Positions 5,889 to 12,723 of a DNA stretch of 56,035 bases are shown here, piece by piece; position 1 is the stretch's first letter; each line of letters begins with the position of its first letter. The position numbers and the translations under genes were made by a program. The notes under the pieces were generated by a model. The model had not been told where the DNA came from and did no database searches. It saw only the letters and a list, made by a program, of their open reading frames with translations. This DNA comes from Anaerolineae bacterium (GTDB taxonomy: Bacteria > Chloroflexota > Anaerolineae > B4-G1 > SLSP01). Location: positions 1 to 56,035 of the forward strand of contig DAOTUH010000390.1 in assembly GCA_034437255.1 (NCBI GenBank). Direction: 5' to 3'.

Positions 5889-8800
5889 TCAGAGCTGATC
5901 TAGCGCCGATGCAACATCCCGCAGCAACATCTCCTGATCAAAAATTCCCTTTTCTAGCAGCGCGGCCACCTGCATGTTAAGACGTTCTCGCTCTTCCAAA
6001 GTCAACTCTTTTGCCGTGACCACCACAACGGGAAGCTGGCGAGTCGCCTCATTGGAACGTAGGGTTTCCAATACCGCGAAACCGTCCATCTCCGGCATCA
6101 TCAAATCAAGCACGAGCAGATCCGGCGGCTTGTCACCAATCTTGGCGATAGCCTCCATGCCGCCAGAGGCTGCAATCACATCGTAACCCACCCCCTCAAG
6201 AATACGACGTAAGAGCTTCCGATCCTTCTCACTGTCATCCACAATCATCACATTCTGAGTCTCTTTTGTTTTCTTTGACAGGCGATCCAAGGAATCCAAT
6301 AGATCCTTCTCCAAAATAGGCTTGACCAGATAATCGGCCACCCCCAGGCTAAGACCTTTATCCCGATCGCTGACGATGGAGCACACAACAATGGGTATAT
6401 TCCGCGTCTCAGGATCGGACTTGAGCGCCTGAATCACGTCCCAGCCATCAACATCCGGCATCAGGATGTCCAACGTGATGGCGTAGGGCTGAATCCGCTT
6501 TGCCTCCTCCACCACTCGATCGGCGCGGGTCAATCCTACCACGTGATAGCTCTGCTTCTCCAAATAACGTCGGAAGAGGGTAATCACGCCTTCATCGTCG
6601 TCCACAGTAAGGACGGTGTGCTCCGCATGCACCCGTTGTTCTGGCAACGCCTCCTCAGAAGGCTCTGGCGGCGGTCCGTCAATGGGCAATGCGACGTAGA
6701 ACGTGGTTCCAAGATTCACCTCACTCTCAAACCAGATGTGACCACCATGAGCTTCTACGAATTTTTTGCTCACCGGCAGACCCAAGCCGGTGCCTCCAAA
6801 TCGCCGCGTCGAAGAGGAGTCAACCTGCTGGAACTCCCGGAAAACGTGATCCTGTTTCTCCGGTGGGATGCCAATCCCGGTATCCTCCACGGCAATCACG
6901 ACTTCGTCCCCCTGTTGGCTGGCGGAAACACTAATATGCCCCTCCTCGGTGAACTTAGCGGCATTTCCAACGAGATTGAGAACGACTTGACGGATGCGCC
7001 GTTCATCAGCCAGGATCGTGGGCAGGTCTTCCGGCACCTCCTGCTGCAATTCGATAGGTTTCTCCTTGACGAGCGCGATGGCCGTAGACATCACACCTCT
7101 GACAATCTCTTCGACATCGGTAGGCTCGAAGACGAACTCCATCTTGCCTGCCTCAATCTTGGAAAGATCCAAAACGTCATTGATGAGGTTGAGCAAGTGC
7201 TTGCCACTCTCGAAAATCGCCTGTAGATCCGTCCGCTGCATCTCGGTCAGCGGACCATCAATGCCTTTTAACATCACGCGGGAAAAGCCAATGATCGAGT
7301 TCAGCGGTGTCCGCAACTCGTGGGACATGTTAGCCAGGAATTCGCTTTTCAGACGGTCGACCTCGCGCAAACGTTCGGCGGTCTCTTGAGCCTCCTGATA
7401 GAGATTGGCGTTCTCCAAAGCGACGCCGATGTTCACGGCGGCACTTCGTAGCACGGCCTTCTCACGTTCGTCAATCATAGGGTGATCTCTCTGCCGGCCA
7501 AGTGAGATCAACCCCAGCACGTCTCCACGCACCATCAAGGGCGCGGAGAACGCCGACACGAGATCGAGTTCCTCAAGAATACGGGTGAACAGAGCATCGC
7601 CTTTATACGAGTGCCCCTCAAAATTCCACAGGATGGAACGCTCCCAGCGGATCGCCGCACCGACCCCCGGCATGCCGACGAGCTCACATCCCATGTTCCG
7701 GTCGAGATCAAGGAGCTTCCCGTCGTGGCGATATACAGCAGTGGGATACGCTTTGAACCCATCCCAGCGCCAGAACATAATCGGCATGTTGAAGTGTTCG
7801 GTGAGCAATTCGCCTACATTTTGCATCAAGTCTTCCGGTTCCAAGCTGGCTGCAGCTTCGCTCATAATCCGGTTCAAGAACAGACGGCGATCAGCCTCTT
7901 CACGGGTTGTTTCAAGCAGGAACTGGTTCTCCAGCGCCACCGACGCAGCGCGGATGATTGTATCGTAAAAGCGAAGATCTTCCGAAGAGAATTCATAGGG
8001 GGCGCGGGTATAGAGTAGCATCATGCCATAGGGTTCATCTCGCACGGCGATTTGCAACGCTACCATCCCCCGGACGCCCAATTGCCGATAGACTGCCAGA
8101 TTTGTCTGATCAAAAAGAGGATCTTGTTCGACGTCGCTGGTGAAGAAGACGCCCTTTTCCACAAACACCTCGTAGAAATTCTCCCAATAGTCTAAGGGAT
8201 AACGCTGCCCCGACTTTGCACTTGCTCCATTGCGAGCCCAACTGACGACAACATCCAAGACCTCGGGATTCTCCGGCGGATCAAGCCGTGCTACCACCAC
8301 ACGATCCAGTTCGGGTCGCCGGCTGAACCCCGCCACGGCTTCACTCAGGATTTCTTCAACAGAAACTGCCCGGCCGATATTGCGCGTGATCTCATAGAGC
8401 GCCCGCGTCTCCGTCAACGCCTCGGTCGTCTGCTGAAAGAGCAATCGGTTTTCCAGAACCAGCGCAATTTGCTCCCGCACCTCCTCAATCAAAGCCAGAT
8501 CGTCCTCTGACCAGAGCTGGCGATCTATGGTATCCTCAACCTCCAGCACACCGACCGGCTCATCTCGCAAGGCAATGGGTGCGGTCAGCGTAACCCTCTC
8601 GCCGTCCTCCCGAATAATCGGTCCATCGTGAGAGAAAGCCGGCATATCCATAGGAACAGCCTGACCGTGCAGAGGCTCAAGCCGGGAGAGATCGTAGGTA
8701 TAGCCAAGAATCTCCTCTTGGGCTCCGTAGCTGGCCCACGTTTCTCCGGTTAGGCGGCGTTGCAGCGCCTGCAAATCTCGATAGCGTTCTTCCGCTTCCG

Positions 8801-11291
8801 CGTAGAGTCTCGCATTGGCAATGGCGTTTGCCAGCTGCCCGGCCACGGTCTCTAAGATAGTCACGTCCTCTTCGTCAAACGCATACCGCTCTGTGGACTG
8901 AATGGTCATGGCGCCCAGGGGTTCTCCGCGCGAGATCAGCGGCAGTGCCATCTCTGAGCGGGTCTCCGGCAAGTAAGGATTGGCGTAGCGTTGGTCTTCC
9001 TCGGAGACTTCCATAGCGATTCGCGGCTCTTGCCGGGCCACACATTGCCCGATCATCGAGTCGCCGCCCACGGTCAAACGGTGTCCGGCTTCCAGCTGCC
9101 GACGACCCGCTTCCCCCGTGCCGGCCTCCAGAATGGCCCATTGAGCCGCGTCGTCTAGCATGAAGATACCCGCGTAGTACAGATCAAAGCTTTCTTTAAC
9201 GAGATCAACCGTCTGTGGAAGCAGCTCTTCAACATCCAACATCGCGGAGACGCTCTGGGTGACCTCTGCCGCGGTACGGAGCTGCAAGGCCCGCGCTTCC
9301 AACGCTTTCAGATGCAGATCGTTGACCAGTGCCGTTGCCACCTGTACAGCCATCGCCTGTAGCAGCTCCACATCCTCTTCACCAAAATCCAGGTCGCCCG
9401 GAGGGTTGATGGCCGTCATTGTGCCCAAGAGCTGATCCTGGTACTCGACCGGCACGACGAGAACGGCCCCGCACTCCGCCGCTTTGCGCCGGGCCTGAAC
9501 TTCGGGACTCTCCCGGGGATCAAGGACGCCTTGGGGCGAGATAGCAGGTTCGCGTCTGCGCAATACCCAGCCGCTTAGGCCATTCCAGAGTTCATCGAAT
9601 GTAATCTCTAAAGAGATCAAGTCGGCTCCCACACCGCCCCGAACGGAGTGGGTGACGTTCTCACGCAGCAGATCAAGTAAAATGATTGAAACACGGTCAG
9701 CCGGAAGGGCCATGGCAACGCTATCGGCCACCTCATCCAAGACCTCTGTCAAGTCCTCGGAGGAAATCACCGCGCTGGCAACACGGTACAACAGGTTTGT
9801 GCGGCGCAGAGATTGCGCTCTTTTTTCAAGCAGCTGCGCGTTCTGGATAGCGACCGCCGCTTGATTGACAATGGGCATCAGGAGCATGACGTCCTGCTCA
9901 TTAAAATTGCGGTCTTCAGGCTTATTGATCGCGGTAATCACGCCAAAGGCCTCATCCCGAATCAGAAGCGGCATAGTAAGGATGGATCCCGCCCCCACCT
10001 CGCGGCGACGTCGTTGCACCTCTGGGCTCTCACGGGGATCGGGCTTGCCCTTTGGGGAGAGGGCCGGTTCGCGCTCGCGAATACACCAGCCGGCTAAGCC
10101 CTCCCAAAATTCATCAAACTCAACCTGAACGACCTCGACGCCGGGCTCCAGTCCGGCAATCACAATCTCTTCGACTTTTCTGGCCTCTACGTCCATAAGT
10201 ATGATGGACACGCGATCTGTGTCCAAGACACGCCCAATGCCCTCGACAATCTCCTGCAGCAGATCGGGGAGATTCCTAAAGGAGAGCACAGCCCGTCCGG
10301 CCTCGTAGACAGCGACGGTCTGCTCCAAAGCCCGCTGCGTCTCCTCGTAAAACGTGGCGTTCTGGATAGCGTTGGCCAACTGATCGGCCATCATCTGCAT
10401 GAAGAGGGTATCTTCTTGCGCAAAGGCCCCTCGCTCCTCCGATTGGATGGTCATGGCGCCGATAACTTCATCACGACTGATAAGCGGTAACGCCATCTCG
10501 GAGTGGGTATCGGGCAGCACGGGATTATCAAAATGGAAGGCCTCTTCGCCGACGTCCAGGGCAATACGGGCTTCTCGCTGGGCAATACTCTGGCCGATCA
10601 TTGAGTCACCGCCGACGCGCAAGCGATGGCCGGCCTCAAGCATCTGTTGACCGGCTTCGCCAGTACCGGCACGCAGTTCGGCCCATATTTCGTCCTTGTC
10701 CAGCAGAAAGATCCCCACGTAATAGAGATCAAACCGCTCGCGAATCAGCTCAACAGCCCTGTCCAGCAGCTGTGGTCGCTGCAAGATGGAAGATGCTGCC
10801 TTAGCGACTTCGGATGCAGTGTACATCTGGTTAGTGTAATGACTGATGGCTTTCTGGAGAGCCTGACGAAGTTCCTCCTGCTCACGAAGCACGATCTGCT
10901 CACGCTCCCGGATAAAGCCCTTAAGGAGTACCACGGTATAATCATCGGTCTTCTCAAAGAGTCCATCCGATACGCCCTCACCGTCCAGGTGCTGTCTGCA
11001 GAAGCGACGTAACGTCGTATTCAAGCGAAGGATCGACGATTCGCTAAAGCCTTGGGCGGCGTAATAAACACCTTGGCGACGAATATCTTCATGATTGTTC
11101 TCGTCGAGTAAAAAGGCGAAGTAAGCGTCCGTAACTTCATCGGCGACAGTCGACAACTGCATTGGCAATACAGAAGAACGATTGGTGAACAGGGTCGACC
11201 GCAACGCCTCAAGTAAGCGATCATTCAGTGTTGAACGATACGCCAACCCGCGCTGTTCAATGTGTTCTCTGAGATTGTCTAAAGTCTCCAT
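5889..11291 (-). CDS. P1: 1800-aa cytoplasmic multi-GAF hybrid sensor histidine kinase (helical N-domain, at least 7 GAF-like domains including two GAF-A copies, HisKA, HATPase_c, two receiver domains)
   Basis: H-box 'FLANMSHELRTPLNSIIGFS'. N/G boxes 'NLVGNAAKFT', 'VEDTGIGI' and 'GGTGLGL'. Two REC domains ('VLTVDDDEG..LDILMPDVDG..KP' and 'VMIVDDSEKD..LDLMMPEMDG'). GAF-A copies 'FDLYYVGIFLLD...LPDTHSEMALPL' and 'FDLYYAGIFMLD...LPETRSEMALPL'. No hydrophobic TM segment is seen. Confidence 0.9.
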   Translation of the reverse strand: METLDNLREHIEQRGLAYRSTLNDRLLEALRSTLFTNRSSVLPMQLSTVADEVTDAYFAFLLDENNHEDIRRQGVYYAAQGFSESSILRLNTTLRRFCRQHLDGEGVSDGLFEKTDDYTVVLLKGFIREREQIVLREQEELRQALQKAISHYTNQMYTASEVAKAASSILQRPQLLDRAVELIRERFDLYYVGIFLLDKDEIWAELRAGTGEAGQQMLEAGHRLRVGGDSMIGQSIAQREARIALDVGEEAFHFDNPVLPDTHSEMALPLISRDEVIGAMTIQSEERGAFAQEDTLFMQMMADQLANAIQNATFYEETQRALEQTVAVYEAGRAVLSFRNLPDLLQEIVEGIGRVLDTDRVSIILMDVEARKVEEIVIAGLEPGVEVVQVEFDEFWEGLAGWCIREREPALSPKGKPDPRESPEVQRRRREVGAGSILTMPLLIRDEAFGVITAINKPEDRNFNEQDVMLLMPIVNQAAVAIQNAQLLEKRAQSLRRTNLLYRVASAVISSEDLTEVLDEVADSVAMALPADRVSIILLDLLRENVTHSVRGGVGADLISLEITFDELWNGLSGWVLRRREPAISPQGVLDPRESPEVQARRKAAECGAVLVVPVEYQDQLLGTMTAINPPGDLDFGEEDVELLQAMAVQVATALVNDLHLKALEARALQLRTAAEVTQSVSAMLDVEELLPQTVDLVKESFDLYYAGIFMLDDAAQWAILEAGTGEAGRRQLEAGHRLTVGGDSMIGQCVARQEPRIAMEVSEEDQRYANPYLPETRSEMALPLISRGEPLGAMTIQSTERYAFDEEDVTILETVAGQLANAIANARLYAEAEERYRDLQALQRRLTGETWASYGAQEEILGYTYDLSRLEPLHGQAVPMDMPAFSHDGPIIREDGERVTLTAPIALRDEPVGVLEVEDTIDRQLWSEDDLALIEEVREQIALVLENRLLFQQTTEALTETRALYEITRNIGRAVSVEEILSEAVAGFSRRPELDRVVVARLDPPENPEVLDVVVSWARNGASAKSGQRYPLDYWENFYEVFVEKGVFFTSDVEQDPLFDQTNLAVYRQLGVRGMVALQIAVRDEPYGMMLLYTRAPYEFSSEDLRFYDTIIRAASVALENQFLLETTREEADRRLFLNRIMSEAAASLEPEDLMQNVGELLTEHFNMPIMFWRWDGFKAYPTAVYRHDGKLLDLDRNMGCELVGMPGVGAAIRWERSILWNFEGHSYKGDALFTRILEELDLVSAFSAPLMVRGDVLGLISLGRQRDHPMIDEREKAVLRSAAVNIGVALENANLYQEAQETAERLREVDRLKSEFLANMSHELRTPLNSIIGFSRVMLKGIDGPLTEMQRTDLQAIFESGKHLLNLINDVLDLSKIEAGKMEFVFEPTDVEEIVRGVMSTAIALVKEKPIELQQEVPEDLPTILADERRIRQVVLNLVGNAAKFTEEGHISVSASQQGDEVVIAVEDTGIGIPPEKQDHVFREFQQVDSSSTRRFGGTGLGLPVSKKFVEAHGGHIWFESEVNLGTTFYVALPIDGPPPEPSEEALPEQRVHAEHTVLTVDDDEGVITLFRRYLEKQSYHVVGLTRADRVVEEAKRIQPYAITLDILMPDVDGWDVIQALKSDPETRNIPIVVCSIVSDRDKGLSLGVADYLVKPILEKDLLDSLDRLSKKTKETQNVMIVDDSEKDRKLLRRILEGVGYDVIAASGGMEAIAKIGDKPPDLLVLDLMMPEMDGFAVLETLRSNEATRQLPVVVVTAKELTLEERERLNMQVAALLEKGIFDQEMLLRDVASALDQL

Positions 11292-11350
11292 ACCATCTCT
11301 CCTGCATCCAAACTGTATTTATTATCTCAATAAATTATAAAACTATATAG

Positions 11351-11499
11351 GCAACCGTTTAGGTTTGTGAGCGTCCAGGTGCAACGCACTTACGGATCGA
11401 AACAAACCGCGCTACAAAGTTCTCCGAGCACGGTTTAGGAGTTCCCGGCTCGTGAATTTCGGCGAAAGTGCGTCGCACCTCAGAAGACTAAATAGATAC
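11351..11499. repeat. family-A palindromic repeat element, copy 2 (core 11378-11479), flanked by direct repeat CTATATAG (11343-11350 and 11500-11507)
   Basis: Inverted termini GGTGCAACGCACTT / AAGTGCGTCGCACC. It aligns with 1438-1587. The identical 8-bp sequence on both flanks looks like a target-site duplication. Confidence 0.7.
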
Positions 11500-11772
11500 C
11501 TATATAGAAATCCAATTCTTGGACCCTTTTTATATTTTATTTTGTGCCTTTATCAGTAGAGCAGGAGGTGTCGTGGTCATCACGGAGATAACCACAACAT
11601 CCCCCCCGGGTGCATATAACAATTGGGGAGAAGGCCAGACCTCGAAGGTCTAGTCGGGATTCTGCAGGCGAAAATGCCTCGAGATAAGCAGTTTCTGGCA
11701 GGTACGATGCCGACGCCCTCCATCCCCTATATCCATCCCCTATAAGTGATGCTCGCTTCTCATCTCGTACAA

Positions 11773-12561
11773 TTACTTCACCAAGTGGGTACCGTAGAAC
11801 TCCAGTCCCACCCCCTCACGATCTTCTTCTGTGATCTGATCCTCAACATCCAGCCAAGTAGCCAGTGGACAGAAGCCCGGGTCCGCAGCCTGCCAGGGTT
11901 GCACGAGCCGTTTGCTCTCTTCCAAGGTCAGGAAGTGATAGGGGCTGTCCATCTGGTCAAACATATCCACAAATTGCTGCATATTGGGCGTCATCTTGTC
12001 CGGGTCCTTCGTCTCGAAGGTCACAAACATTTTGCTTCCTTCTGGCGCCCAGGCGTACAGTGTCGCCATCAACTCGTGCAATTCTTCTTTAGGGAGGAAA
12101 CAGGTCACAGCGTTAAACCCGATGGCAATCTTACGATCCAGGTCAAAGAGCTCCTGAACGGCCGAAGAGTTGACGAGGGTCTCGACATCCCGGATGTCCA
12201 TTTCCAGATATCGCACGCTCTCGTTCTCGCCGATAAGCTCACGGGCGAAATTTACCGTGATCGGGTCGCTGTCTGTATAGACGACTTTAGCATCCGGCGC
12301 AATTTGATGAACGTGATCGACTGTTGGCAGACCGGAAGCGAAATCCAGGAACTGATCGAAGCCTTCGTCCGCCAGACGACGAATGGAAAGCTGCATAAAC
12401 ATGCGCAGCATGCGAACCCACTTCCGAGTCGAAGGCACCAGAGTCAGCATAAACTCGGCTGCCTGGCGATCGGCCTCGAAATTATGGCTGCCTCCCAGAA
12501 CGTAATCGTACACACGACCGGCGTTCGGAATGTTGGTATTCATCGCGGTTTTCTCAGACAT
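11773..12561 (-). CDS. SAM-dependent methyltransferase (DUF574 / Methyltransf_19-like)
   Basis: 'AGRVYDYVLGGSHNFEADR', 'FLDFASGLPT' and 'VVYTDSDPI' resemble the actinobacterial-type SAM methyltransferase family. RBS AAGGAG 7 nt upstream. Confidence 0.65.
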   Translation of the reverse strand: MSEKTAMNTNIPNAGRVYDYVLGGSHNFEADRQAAEFMLTLVPSTRKWVRMLRMFMQLSIRRLADEGFDQFLDFASGLPTVDHVHQIAPDAKVVYTDSDPITVNFARELIGENESVRYLEMDIRDVETLVNSSAVQELFDLDRKIAIGFNAVTCFLPKEELHELMATLYAWAPEGSKMFVTFETKDPDKMTPNMQQFVDMFDQMDSPYHFLTLEESKRLVQPWQAADPGFCPLATWLDVEDQITEEDREGVGLEFYGTHLVK

Positions 12562-12619
12562 ATTCTAACTCCTTTCCTTTTCGGTTGATAAGTGAATACG
12601 TGAACAGATCAAACTGAAA

Positions 12620-12634
12620 GGGGGACACGTCCCC
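12620..12634 (-). terminator. candidate terminator hairpin downstream of P2 (minus strand GGGGA-cgtg-TCCCC followed by CTTTCAGTTTG)
   Basis: A short GC stem with a U-rich-ish tail, 90 nt after the P2 stop. It is nested in a larger inverted repeat (12611-12620 / 12669-12677). This is a weak call. Confidence 0.3.
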
Positions 12635-12723
12635 AATGCCCACGGCAGCTGTTGCCCACGGCAGCTGTCTTCAGTTTTACACAAAATGAATAATGTGCAA
12701 GACGCCGCATCAGAGGCCGCCGC

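Noticed and set aside
11292-11350. TATAAT (minus strand, 11339-11334) as the P1 promoter -10
   Set aside because: The hexamer is perfect, but no acceptable -35 or extended TG is present. The upstream sequence is the end of the repeat element. The region is probably promoter-bearing, but I cannot place the promoter with confidence.
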